64,000 nucleotides of DNA from an uncultured Acidobacteriota bacterium (GTDB lineage Bacteria; Acidobacteriota; Thermoanaerobaculia; UBA5066; Gp7-AA6), in assembly GCA_963782815.1 (NCBI GenBank), contig CAWALG010000030.1, positions 41,187 through 105,186 on the forward strand. Reading direction: 5' to 3'. Shown here in pieces: positions 50,520 through 60,588 of the stretch. Position 1 is the first letter of the stretch; each line of letters begins with the position of its first letter. The translations under genes were made by a program, and so were the position numbers. The notes below the pieces were generated by a model that did no database searches, had not been told where the DNA came from, and saw only the letters and a list, made by a program, of their open reading frames with translations.

Positions 50520-52021
50520 ATGGCCGCCTCGATCGACTACGGCGACATCCAGGGGCTCGTGCGCTTCGGCCACGGCGGCATGACGGAGGCGTGTTTTCTC
50601 CTGGCCGCGGTGCGGAGTCCCGCGGCCGCGCGCCGGTGGCTGGCGTCGGCCCCCGTGACGAGCGCCGTCACGACGGAGCCGCCGCCGCAACGCGCGATGC
50701 AGGTCGCGTTCACGTGGGAGGGCCTGCGGGCGCTCGGGCTCGGGGAGCGCGCGCCAGGGATTCTCCGCCGAGTTCCTCTCCGGGATGGCCGGCGAGGAGA
50801 GCCGCTCCCGCCGCCTCGGCGACGTTGGACCGAGCGCTCCCGCGGGATGGCGATGGGGCGGTCCCGGAAGGGTTCCGCACGCGGTCATCCCGCTCTACGC
50901 GAAGCGCGGGGACCTCGAGAGCTGGAAGCGGACGATCCAGACCGGCGAATGGGGAGCGGCGTTTGGCGAGATCGAGTGCCTGCCCACGTCGGATCTGGAC
51001 GGAGTCGAGCCGTTCGGATTCCGGGACGGCATCAGCCAGCCGGCGCTCGACTGGAGCCGGGAGCGCGAGGCGCCGGGCGAGGAGATCGAGTACGGCAACC
51101 TCCTGGCCCTGGGGGAATTCCTGCTCGGCTATCCGAACGAATACGGGAAATACACGGCGCGTCCGCTTCTCGCGGAGGCGGACGACCCGCGCCGGATGCT
51201 GCCGCCGGCCGAAGACGATCCCTCGCGGCGGGACCTGGGGCGCAATGGGACGTACCTCGTCCTTCGTGAGCTGGAGCAGGACGTGTCCGGCTTCTGGCGG
51301 TTCCTGGACGCGCGGGCGGGCGGCGACGCGGCGGCGAGGCGGCGCCTGGCCGAGGCGATGGTCGGCCGCACGATGGAAGGGGAGCCCCTGGTGCCGGCGT
51401 CGGCCCGCCGGATCGCCGGCGTCGGATCGGGCCCGGAGGACGATCGCCTGAACCGCTTCACCTACGACGCCGACGGCGAAGGGCTGCGGTGCCCGGTGGG
51501 CGCGCACATCCGCCGCGCCAATCCCCGCAACGCCGACCTCCCCGCCGGCGCGACGGGTTTCTTCTCCCGGCTGCTTCGGATCGCCGGGTTTGGCGGAAAG
51601 GGATTTCGCGGCGACCTCATTGCCTCCGCCCGCTTCCACCGCGTCTTGCGCCGGGGACGCGAGTACGGTCCGCCGCTCTCCCCGGAAGAGGCGCTCCTTC
51701 CCGGGCGATCGGACTACGGGCCGCGGGGACTGCACTTCCTCTGCCTGAACGCCAACATCGCGCGGCAGTTCGAGTTCGTGCAGAACGCCTGGATGATGGG
51801 CACGAAGTTCTCGGGGCTCTCCGACGAGGGCGATCCGCTCGTGGGGAGCCGGGAAGGAATTGCGGGATGCCTCGCCACGGACACGTTCTCCATTCCCGGG
51901 AAGGGGGAGGTCACGCGGCGGATCACGGGCCTCCCGCGGTTCGTGAACGTGCGCGGCGGAGCCTATTTCTTCCTCCCGAGCCTGAGCGCCCTGCGCTATC
52001 TCGCGAGTCTGGGCGTGCTAG
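50520..52021 (+). CDS. DyP-type peroxidase (locus B; apparent frameshift near 50765; stop not in frame as assembled)
   Basis: MAASIDYGDIQGLVRFGHG is in ORF 50520..51269. GVEPFGFRDGISQP (GxxDG), CPVGAHIRRANPRN (proximal His), FEFVQNAW and ...FFLPSLSALRYLASLGV are in ORF 50785..53436. That frame runs on as an antisense shadow. TAG at 52019-52021 is +1 out of frame, so a terminal indel is likely. Confidence 0.85.
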
Positions 52022-53214
52022 TCGAAGACCTCGTCTCCGGTGGGCTCGCGGTGGGGCGTGTCGTTCATGGACTGCCTCAGCCGGGAGAGCTCCTCGTAGA
52101 TCCGGCGCCGGGCCCTGTTCTGGTTGCCGAGCGGACGGTGCTCGGGCAGGCAGTGCCACGGATTGAGGGAGAGGTTGTGCGCGAAGGCGAGCTGGGCGGC
52201 CGAGTCGAACTTCTGTCGCGGGAGGACGAGGGTCGCGGCCGGGACGGGAGGCGAGAGCGACTCGGGCCACCGCACCGAGGCATTCTCCACCGGCATGCGC
52301 CGCGGGTCCGTCTGGACCTGCACGAGGAAGTCGAACTCCGCGTCTTGCCGCGCGAGGGCCGCCGCCATCGCTTCGCGCAGATAGTTGTCGGAAGGGCGCA
52401 AGGGGAGGCGGGGGATCCGGGTGCGCGTCCTCGACCGGGGCCGCAGGGAGAACTGCATCGCCTGCCCTTCCCCGAGGAGAAAAGGGACGCAGCTCCAGTA
52501 GCTCGTCTCGAGCGGGCTCGTCTGGGTCCTCGCCCACAGCCCCTGCATCAGCCCGTCGAGGAGATGGGAGTCGAAGGGATTGAGGAAATAGAAAAGGGGC
52601 GTCCCTCGCCGGATCCAGGACTGCAGCTTCGCGTTCTCCCGGACGTTGGGAGTGGTGAACGTGGGCGCGCTGATGCCGGTGAAGTCCTGGGTGAAGCGCT
52701 CGTCGTCGAGGAGCTTGCGGCCCGGCACGCCCATCAACTTGATGCCGATGCTCAGGATGCCCACGTCGTCGATGTCCGGAGGGCTGGCCGGTCCGGGACC
52801 GCCGAAGCGAACCCAGGCGCGCAACCGCCGGGGCTCCGCGAAGACGCCCTGCCGCAGCTGCCGCGGGAGATCGTCTCTCACGACAAACTCCCCGCGGACC
52901 ACGCCGTGAGTCTTCGTGTTTCCCGCGCGCTCGAATCGGCCGGGAGCGTAGTGGGAGCGCATGTACGCGGACATCTCGGCGATGATGGCGTCGAGGAACG
53001 CCTCTTCCCCGGGGAACGGCCGTTCCCCGGCGACCGGCAAGACCTCTTCTCCGCCGCGCCGGCGCAGGAGCGCCTGGACGAGCCCGGCGATCGGCTCTCG
53101 AAACAGGGCGTCGAAGAAGGGGCGGAAGAACGGGTCGAACCGGCGCTCCAGGCCGACGAGGCGAAGGACGGCGTCGTGGAACCGCTGGAGCAGAGCGGGT
53201 TCCCCCTCGCTCAC
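52018..53214 (-). CDS. catalase-related haem protein (mini-catalase/allene-oxide-synthase-like family)
   Basis: Intact 398-aa ORF. FERAGNTKTHGVVRGEF occupies the distal His region position. The C-terminal NRARRRIYEELSRLR is a proximal R..x..Y-type haem tyrosinate motif. There is no NADPH or large-subunit domain. Confidence 0.7.
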   Translation of the reverse strand: MSEGEPALLQRFHDAVLRLVGLERRFDPFFRPFFDALFREPIAGLVQALLRRRGGEEVLPVAGERPFPGEEAFLDAIIAEMSAYMRSHYAPGRFERAGNTKTHGVVRGEFVVRDDLPRQLRQGVFAEPRRLRAWVRFGGPGPASPPDIDDVGILSIGIKLMGVPGRKLLDDERFTQDFTGISAPTFTTPNVRENAKLQSWIRRGTPLFYFLNPFDSHLLDGLMQGLWARTQTSPLETSYWSCVPFLLGEGQAMQFSLRPRSRTRTRIPRLPLRPSDNYLREAMAAALARQDAEFDFLVQVQTDPRRMPVENASVRWPESLSPPVPAATLVLPRQKFDSAAQLAFAHNLSLNPWHCLPEHRPLGNQNRARRRIYEELSRLRQSMNDTPHREPTGDEVFD

Positions 53215-53618
53215 TTGGGCCGGGGCTCGCCGGCTTTCCTGCCGATGCCCGTCCGCAGGAAGAGGACGAACAGGACCACGAACGCGCCGTCCACCGCCGC
53301 CGGCAGCAGGGCGAGGGGCCGGGCAATCCCGTTGGCGGCGCGCAGCGAGATCGCCACGACGTCGAAGAGCTTGGCGAGGATCCCGAGCCAGACGAGGCCG
53401 CGGTTGCGGGTGACGTCGAGAGAGACGATCCAGTAGCCGATCCCGATCAGCAGGACGGCGAAGCCAAAGTCCCCCCAGAAACGGAGCGTGCTTTCGGGAG
53501 GTTCACCCAGGTAGGCGAGCCGGTAACTCCAGGAGGAGGCGAAGAAGATCGGGCCGCCGATGAGGAAGTTGAACGCCGCCGCGGCCAGGAACATCCTCGA
53601 CCATCGCTTCTCGCTCAT
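53211..53618 (-). CDS. small integral membrane protein (4 predicted TM)
   Basis: Intact 135-aa ORF. Its stop overlaps the start of the catalase-related gene (53211-53214). Hydrophobic segments include FLAAAAFNFLIGGPIFF, FGFAVLLIGIGYWIV, LVWLGILAKLFDVVAI and AVDGAFVVLFVLFL. Confidence 0.7.
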   Translation of the reverse strand: MSEKRWSRMFLAAAAFNFLIGGPIFFASSWSYRLAYLGEPPESTLRFWGDFGFAVLLIGIGYWIVSLDVTRNRGLVWLGILAKLFDVVAISLRAANGIARPLALLPAAVDGAFVVLFVLFLRTGIGRKAGEPRPK

Positions 53619-53687
53619 CTGGAAAACGCCGTTCTCCGGCTTCCGGCGCCCTTGCGCGAGTCCATTACACGCCTCGGGAAGACCGTT

Positions 53688-55376
53688 TCAGGTCCACGGC
53701 CGGGCTTCGACGCGCAGGGTGGCATGGATGCCGGGGTGCGTGTCCCTGGCGACCTTGATGTCGAACGCGATGCCGGTGCCGTCCGGCAAGGCGCGCGTCG
53801 CGGCGGGCTTTGAAGCGGCGTTGGGCGTCTCGCTCTGGTATCCGTATTTTACCGTCCAGCCGCCGAGCGCCTTGGGATCCGGCGTGGCCTCCACGAGAAT
53901 CAGCTCGCGGTAGATGTAGCCCCCTTCGAAGTGGCGCTTGAGCCAGAGGACTCCGTCGATCTCGTAGTCCGGAACGAGCACGGCCAGATCGAAGGCGAAC
54001 GCGACGGAACCTCCCCCGACCATGCTCTTCCTCGGAATCGAGGAAAACCGAGAAGAGATGGGGGCTGCGGGTCCGGTCCGGCTTGCGCTCGGCGCCCACT
54101 TTCGGAAACAACTCGTCATAAGTCCGGTGGATCGCGGAATTCTCCTTGACGGTCCGGCGGTGCATCTGCCACTGGTGGCCGCGCACGCTGGCCACGATCT
54201 CGAACTGGTAGGAGGCGCGGACTTCCGAGTCCTTGCTCCTCTTCTCCTCGACGTCGTCGGGAAGCATGACCTCGTCGATGTCGAGGATTCCATCCACCCG
54301 CAGGGAGCCGAAGAGGAAGCGCGTGAGGTTCTGATACCCCTCCTCGGAATTCACGATTCCGTAGTGCCCCGAGTGGCTCCGGTGGGCGAACGCCCGGGGT
54401 GAGCTGATGTCCCTCCCCTGGGCGTCGGCGCCGTGCGTCGTCGCGTTCTCGATGCGCACGAGGCCGTCGCTGTCCTCTCCCGCCGCCCACGCCGAGATGC
54501 CGTGCGCGACGAGGTAATCGGCCGGGTTGCTGCCGACGAGGTTGAAGACGCGCTCGGGAGGGAAATTAGCGACGATGGAGACGTCGAGATCGTCCGAGGA
54601 GGCCGCGGCGTCGTGCGGAAGCGCGAGAGATAGCCCGCCATCCTCTGCCGATTGAAATTGTTCGCGTCGCCGAACGTCGCCCATCCCGGCACGTTGCGGA
54701 CAATGCGCAGGTCGATGCCGTTGTGCGGGGTCGCGTAGGTAAATAACTTGTCGACCGCGCGGCGAGCTTCGGCGCTTCCGATCCCGGGATTCTGAAGGAA
54801 CGCGCGGCAGACGAGCCCACCCATGGAGTGGGCGACCAGATAGACGCGGAAGTCCTCCGGGGCGACTTCGTTGTCGAGCGGGTCGCCCGTGATGGGATCT
54901 TTTCCCTGCCGGCAGACCAGCGCCTTCAATCTCAGGATCAGGTTGTTGAGGCCCTGCGCGAAGTGCTCGATGGGAGGGGTCTCGCCGGTGCCGAACGACT
55001 CCGACGCCTCGTCGTAATAGCGGAAGATGACGAGGGACTGATAGGGGAGCGCGATATCGGGGCGCATCGGCTTCGTCGGGTCCTCGGGGTCGGGCGCCGT
55101 GAGGTCGTCGCCGTCCACGTAAACGTCGTCGTAGCGCCGGCTGCTCCTCTGGATCCCGTCCGGAGTCGTGATCCACACGATCTCGTCCTTCAACCGGACG
55201 AGAGGCGACTCGAAGAAGAACTTGCGCATCCTGCCGTCCCAGACCTGCCGCGTCTTCGTCGAGCCCAGGTTGAATCCCATGTACGGGTCCGCCACCGTCT
55301 CCTCGATCTCCGTCTGCGAGACGGCAAAACCGCGAACGTAGACGATGGGATGGTAGGGATGATGTTTGTTGTTCAT
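53688..55376 (-). CDS. alpha/beta-hydrolase (PGAP1/lipase-like, GxSxG = HSMGG) with extra C-terminal domain (apparent frameshifts near 54620 and 54030)
   Basis: MNNKHHPYHPIVYVRGF...VYLVAHSMGGLVCRAF...LFTYATPHNGIDL is in ORF 54351..56012. ...HRSHSGHYGIVNSEEGYQNLTRFLFG... is in ORF 53665..55176. The C-terminus ...VAFAFDLAVLVPDYEIDGVLWLKRHFEGGYIYRE...LRVEARPWT* is in ORF 53688..54293. Confidence 0.75.
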
Positions 55377-55399
55377 CGAACGCACCTTTCCCCGCGAGC

Positions 55400-55963
55400 T
55401 CATTTCGGCCAGAGCCAGCCGAAGACTCCCGCGGTCAGGAGGCCGAAGATCAGGCCGTCGATATTGAGTTTCACTGTCGTGACCCAGGAGCGGTGGTACC
55501 AGATGGTGTTCTGCCAGAGGGCGAGCGAATAGCCGATGAACGCGGTGCACCCCGCGAAGCGGAAGACCGAGAGATAGTGCGCGCCGGGCTGCAGCGCGCG
55601 CCCCGCGATGTAGGCGGCGAAGATGCCGACCACGACGCAGTAGAGGAACCACTGGACGAGGTTCTTCGCCATCGAGGGGGGGCCGCTCGGGAAGACGGTC
55701 ATGAGGCCGTCCGGTCCCTTGCTCCACTTCTCGCGAAAGGCGGGGTCCTTCATGGCTTTCATGCTGTCGGGCTTTGGGAAGCAATAGTCCGCCGGCGGGA
55801 CGCCGAGCTTCCGGAGGGCGTCCATCACCCCGTCTTCGTTCGGGAGCTTTCTGAAGTCGTTCCGGTGGTAAGGGAGCACCATGTGGATGATCGAGCTGGC
55901 GACGAACACGATGACCGCGGAGAGAAGGATCGGGAGCCACAGTGACATCACGGGAACCACCAT
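55400..55963 (-). CDS. conserved integral membrane protein of unknown function
   Basis: Intact 187-aa ORF lying 23 nt upstream of the hydrolase gene. It has TM segments at both ends ([54 protein letters not shown]). Confidence 0.7.
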   Translation of the reverse strand: MVVPVMSLWLPILLSAVIVFVASSIIHMVLPYHRNDFRKLPNEDGVMDALRKLGVPPADYCFPKPDSMKAMKDPAFREKWSKGPDGLMTVFPSGPPSMAKNLVQWFLYCVVVGIFAAYIAGRALQPGAHYLSVFRFAGCTAFIGYSLALWQNTIWYHRSWVTTVKLNIDGLIFGLLTAGVFGWLWPK

Positions 55964-56050
55964 CGCAACCTCCTTCTGCGCCTCGCCTGGCGAAGCGACC
56001 GAACGATATCAAGCTCTCAAACGACGATCCGAAGAAGACGGGTCATCCCG

Positions 56051-56800
56051 TCAAGTCTCTTTCCGAAGATCGTCGAAGGCGGCCTGCATGCTCGCGTGGA
56101 CGGAGAAGACGAGGGGCGGCAGGTCCTTGATCGTCAGGCCTTCCGTGGGCACGGGCTCGAGGACCCGGACCCTCAGGCGGCCGCGCCGGGCGAGACGGCG
56201 CTTCGTGTCGGCGATGACCGTCAGGGGCTCCGCGACGATCGGGATGATCGGGGCCTGCGCCGCCAGGGCCAGCCGGAACGCGCCGGTCTTGAACGGGAGA
56301 AGCTCGTCGCCCGAGTTGCGGTGCCCCTCCGGCATGAACCAGACGGCGATCTTCTCCGCCCGCATGGCCTCGGCCGCCTTCTCGAGGGAGCCGCGGGCCT
56401 GGCGGGCGTCGTTCCTGTCGATGATGAGGTTGCCCGAGAGGCGGTAGAACCATCCGAAGATCGGGATCCTGCCGATCTCGCGCTTGCCCGCCGAGACGGT
56501 GCGCCGCGGGAAGACGGACCCGAAGGTCACGACGTCCAGGATGCTCTGGTGGTTCGCGACGATGACGCACGGGCGAAAGGCCTCGAGCCGGTCCCGGTTC
56601 TCGGCCTCGACGCGCCATCCCATCACGCGCGCCAGCCCGCGGCAGAAGACCCTTCCGAACACGTAGAGCGTCTGCCGGTTGCGCGGCGAGAAGAGGAGCC
56701 AGACGACCCCGGCGGCGGAGCAGAGGAGAAACCAGAGGCCGCCGAGCGAGAACCCGAGGAGGAAGAAGAGCTTCTCGCGCAGCAATCGCAGCGGCTTCAC
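56051..56800 (-). CDS. plsC: 1-acyl-sn-glycerol-3-phosphate acyltransferase
   Basis: The GTG at 56800 overlaps the upstream stop (GTGA), giving MKPLRLLREKLFFLLGF. It has the HX4D motif NHQSILD and the FMPEGHRN and FKTGAF motifs. Confidence 0.85.
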   Translation of the reverse strand: MKPLRLLREKLFFLLGFSLGGLWFLLCSAAGVVWLLFSPRNRQTLYVFGRVFCRGLARVMGWRVEAENRDRLEAFRPCVIVANHQSILDVVTFGSVFPRRTVSAGKREIGRIPIFGWFYRLSGNLIIDRNDARQARGSLEKAAEAMRAEKIAVWFMPEGHRNSGDELLPFKTGAFRLALAAQAPIIPIVAEPLTVIADTKRRLARRGRLRVRVLEPVPTEGLTIKDLPPLVFSVHASMQAAFDDLRKET

Positions 56801-57876
56801 GCCGTTCCCTGCCAGTTGTCCTGCGCGTCCTCGTGGGGAACCCAGGCGGGGAGCGGCATCATGAGGAAGACCGCGAGCGCGTAGACGTAGGGCTCGTACA
56901 TCGCGCGCATCCTGGCGAGCTTCGCGAGCGGACTTCTCGTCGCCGCGCAGGCGGAAGCCCGACCCCGCCAGGAAAGTCTCGAGGCGTTCTCTCTCTTCGC
57001 CGGGAAGGCGATCGGAGAGAGGAAACGCCGGATTCAGGTGAAAGACGGCGCACAGGTCCTTCACGGCGTGGCTCGCCATCGCGAACGTCAGCCGCGCCGT
57101 CCGCGTGGGTCCGTTTTCGATCCGCGCGACGGTCAGCGCGCAGGCGTCGAGGATCGTCGTCAGGGCCGCGACCCACGACTGGTTGTCGTGCTGCGAACGG
57201 AAATAGGAGAGGACCGGGAACGAGACGTGGCTCTCGAGCAGGTCCGCCGACCAGCGCTCCCAGTCGCGCAGCAGGTCGTGGAGGTCTTCTTCGTCGCTGC
57301 TGTGCCGGCGCAGCAGCTGTCCGGCCGTCGGCGGCGAGCCGGCGCGGGCGTCGAGCATCGAGATGTTCACCTCGCGGCGGGAGAAGGCCTGCGAGATCAT
57401 CGGGACATAGCCGATCACGAGCGCCAGGAAGGCGAATCCCATCCCCGACTCGAGGACGGTGAGAGTGCGGGCGACGGCCGTGGTCGGCGTCACGTCCCCC
57501 AGGCCGAGCGTGAAGAACGTCGAGCCGCTCATGTAGAGGTCTTCGCGGAAACCCGTGAGTCTGCTCGGCCCCGTCAGCTGCGAGCCCAGGCCCCAGTGCA
57601 GGAGGCCGAAGGAGAGGATCAGACCGAGCGCCCAGGCGGCGAGCAGGAGGATGAGCGACGCCGGTCCGAACACCATCAGGACGTTCTCCCGGCGGTTCCC
57701 CTCCGGCACTCCCTTCGCCACGGCTCTCCAGGGAGTCCAGAGGACCTGGTAGAAGAGACGCGTCAGGCGGAACCTCCGCGAGACGCGCCGCGACAGGATG
57801 ATCGTCTCGAACGCATCCCAGAGGATCGTGACAACGAGGACAGTGGCAAGGCCGCGACGGCCCAGAGGTGAATCAC
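56797..57876 (-). CDS. two-TM K+-channel-like protein with cytoplasmic C-domain (apparent frameshifts near 57845 and 56925)
   Basis: GTG at 57876 gives MIHLWAVAAL, joined to ATVLVVTILWDAFETIILSRR. The selectivity-filter-like motif is FFTLGLGDV. The true tail ...LARMRAMYEPYVYALAVFLMMPLPAWVPHEDAQDNWQGTA* is found after a frame change. ORF 56051..57721 artificially fuses it to plsC. Confidence 0.7.
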
Positions 57877-57885
57877 AGCGTGGAA

Positions 57886-57960
57886 GTCTAATGTCTGAGG
57901 TCCTAATGTCTAATGTCGGGCCCCGGAGACCTTAGACCTTACGACCTTGGACCTTGAGAC
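57886..57960. repeat. oligonucleotide repeat block: (tctaatg)n then (gacctt[a/g])n
   Basis: gtctaatgtctgaggtcctaatgtctaatgtc at 57886-57917, and gagaccttagaccttacgaccttggaccttgagac at 57926-57960. Confidence 0.85.
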
Positions 57961-57971
57961 GGGACCCCTGG

Positions 57972-58688
57972 CTACTTCTTCGGCGGGTGCGACGGGCGTA
58001 GGTCCAGGCGCGAGGGAATGGCCCGGTCGGGGTATTTCACGAGGTCGCTGACGGCGCGCGCGACGTCCTCGGAGGAGAGCATCCAGGAGTACTCGTGCGA
58101 GCCGTGGGAGTGGGAAAACTCCGTCGCCACGGAGCCGGGCAGGATCACGGCGATGCGGACCCCTTCGTGGCGCAGATCGAGCATCGCCGCGTCGGAGAGG
58201 CCGAGCAGGCCGAACTTCGAAGCGTTATAGGCGGCGCCTCCGGCGAAGGCGTTGATCCCGGCGAGCGAGGCGATGTTGATGATGAAGCCTCCGCCCCCCT
58301 TCTTCATCAGCGGCGCGGCGAAGTGGATCGCGTAGTAGGGGCCGAAGAGATTCGTTTCCACGATCTCGCGGAAGCGCGCGGGAGGAATCTTCTCGACGCT
58401 GTCGAACCCGCCGATGCCCGCGTTGTTGACGAGGACGTCGAGCCGGCCGAAGTCCTTTCCGATCCATTCGACGAGCGCCTCCTGTTCCTCCTCCTTGCGA
58501 GCGTCCGCGGCGAGCCCGGCGATGGGAATGCCGTCCTTGCGGAACCTCTCGACGGCCTTCCCGACGGATTCCTTCGTGCGGCCCGAGATCGCGACGGCGA
58601 AACCGTCCGCGGCGAGCCTGCGCGCGATCGCCTCGCCGATCCCCCGCGTGCCCCCGGTCACGAGCGCCACGCGTCCCTTGCCTGCCAT
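57972..58688 (-). CDS. SDR-family oxidoreductase
   Basis: Intact ORF with TGGTRGIG, NNAG and the YNASK catalytic triad region. Confidence 0.9.
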   Translation of the reverse strand: MAGKGRVALVTGGTRGIGEAIARRLAADGFAVAISGRTKESVGKAVERFRKDGIPIAGLAADARKEEEQEALVEWIGKDFGRLDVLVNNAGIGGFDSVEKIPPARFREIVETNLFGPYYAIHFAAPLMKKGGGGFIINIASLAGINAFAGGAAYNASKFGLLGLSDAAMLDLRHEGVRIAVILPGSVATEFSHSHGSHEYSWMLSSEDVARAVSDLVKYPDRAIPSRLDLRPSHPPKK

Positions 58689-58825
58689 GCGTTCGGTCCT
58701 CCCCTCGGGAGGGCGACTCCGCCCGCCCCGGGACAGGCATCATAGCTTCAAGGAGCAGAAGGCTGCGCGCTGCACGGGGCGGCTGCGCCGCGATCCGGCA
58801 AGACTTTTGAATAGGAGAGGGCGAG

Positions 58826-60102
58826 ATGAGAAGGTTCCTCTTCCGCCTCGCCCTGGTCGCCGTGACCGCCGCCGCCGGCAGCGGTTGCACGGTCATGAGC
58901 GACCTCGTCGGTTCGGAAAAGCGCGACGTCTACAAGTTCGACCATCGAATTCTCGGTCAAGGATCCGGCCTTCCGCCGCTCGCTCGACACGTTCGGCACC
59001 GCCATGGTCTCCGGGAACACGGCAGAGCTGTTGAAGAACGGCGACCAGATCTTCCCCGCGATGACGGAAGCGATCCGGCGGGCGAAGAAGTCCGTCAACC
59101 TGGAGACCTACATTTTTCAGCCGGACGAAGCGGGCCGGCTGTTCGCCGACGCGATGATCGACGCGGCGAATCGGGGCGTCGAGGTTCGCCTCCTGATCGA
59201 CGCCTGGGGGAGCGAGGTCGGCGACCTGCGCGATCAGATCGAAAAGGCGGGCATTCATTGGCGCGAGTACCGCCCCGTCCGCGCTGTTCTCGATCTACAA
59301 GGTGGGAAAGAGGACTCACCGGAAGATCCTGGTCGTGGACGGCAAGGTGGCCTTCACGGGCGGGCTCGGAATCTCCAAGGAGTGGCTCGGCAACGCGCGC
59401 AACTCCAAGGAATGGCGCGATACGCAGGTGCGGGTGACGGGCCCCGTCGTGGACCAGATGCAGGCGATCTTCGCCGAGGACTGGACCTACACGACCGGGG
59501 AGATCCTGGCCGGGGAAAAGTTCTATCCGAAGCGGGACGGACCGGGCGGCTCGATCCAGGCCCAGGCGATCAAGGCCTCCCGCGGGGACGCGTCCTCGCT
59601 CGCCAAGATGTTCTACTACGTGGCCATCCAGTCGGCCGTCAAGAGCATCTACATCCAGAACGCCTACTTCATTCCCGACAAGCAGGTTCGGGACGCACTC
59701 ATCGCCGCCGTGGCCCGCGGCGTTGACGTCAAGGTCATGGTGCCCGGCCGGCACATCGATCTGCCGATGGTGCGGCTCGCGTCCTGGCTGCACTATGGCG
59801 ACATGTTGAAGGGAGGCGTGAAGATCTACGAGTACAGGGACACAATGCTCCACAACAAGACGATGGTGGTGGACGGCATCTTCTCGACCATCGGCTCGAT
59901 CAACTTCGACACCCGCTCGAAGAACGCCAACGCCGAGGAGAGCCTCGCCTTCTACGACGCCGCCTTCGCGCGGAAGGTGGAGCAAATGTTCGCCGACGAC
60001 CTGAGACGCTGCGACGAGATCACCTATGAGGAATTCGACCACCGGGGGTTGCCCAAGCGCGCGAGCGAGGTACTCTCCTACATCTGGGAGCCGTATTATT
60101 GA
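58826..60102 (+). CDS. cls: cardiolipin synthase / phospholipase D family lipoprotein (apparent frameshifts near 58955 and 59285)
   Basis: MRRFLFRLALVAVTAAAGSGC is a lipobox. There are two HKD motifs (THRKILVVDG and MLHNKTMVVDG). Parts lie in ORFs 58826..59437, 59004..59726 and 59302..60102. Confidence 0.85.
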
Positions 60103-60563
60103 TAGGAGTGTCCAAGGTCCAGGGTCCAAGGTCTAAGGTTCCCAGGTCTCTGTCTTTCCTTTGCGCCGCGCTCTTCCTCGCGGCGTCTTCCGCGGCTGGG
60201 GCGAGCCGGCCGGAGGCGGAACAGACCAGGATCGACTGGCTCCTGGCGGAGATCGGCAATTCGAAGGGGACTTTCATACGCAACGGCAAGGAGTACGACG
60301 CCTCCAGGGCCGCCTCGTACCTGAAGACCAAGCTCCGCTTCGCGGGCAGCCGGGTGCAGACGGTCCGCCAGTTCATCGTCGGCGTCGCGTCCCGCTCCTC
60401 GGAGTCCGGAAAGCCGTACGAGATCCGTCTTCCCGACGGGAAGCAGCAGCCGATGGAGGTCTGGCTCCTCGAACGCCTCGCCGTCTACGAAAAAGGCGCG
60501 GCCGCGCAGAAACCGCCGCCCGGTCCCACTCCTTCTCCCTCTCCCTCCGGCAGGCCGGGGTAA
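60099..60563 (+). CDS. DUF5329-like exported protein (start uncertain)
   Basis: The signal-like segment is SLSFLCAALFLAASSAAGA. EQTRIDWLLAEIGNSKGTFIRNGKEYDASRAASYLKTKLRF...VASRSSESGKPYEIRLPDGKQQPMEVWLLERL matches my recollection of DUF5329. The first 50 nt overlap the aaggtc repeat. Confidence 0.6.
   Translation: MIGVSKVQGPRSKVPRSLSFLCAALFLAASSAAGASRPEAEQTRIDWLLAEIGNSKGTFIRNGKEYDASRAASYLKTKLRFAGSRVQTVRQFIVGVASRSSESGKPYEIRLPDGKQQPMEVWLLERLAVYEKGAAAQKPPPGPTPSPSPSGRPG
60109..60150. repeat. oligonucleotide repeat block (aaggtc)n, inverted relative to 57926-57960
   Basis: The sequence is gtccaaggtccagggtccaaggtctaaggttcccaggtctc. Its reverse complement gagacctgggaaccttagaccttggaccctggaccttggac mirrors gagaccttagaccttacgaccttggaccttgagac. 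Confidence 0.8.
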
Positions 60564-60588
60564 GGGCGACAACGGCGCCGAGAATTCC

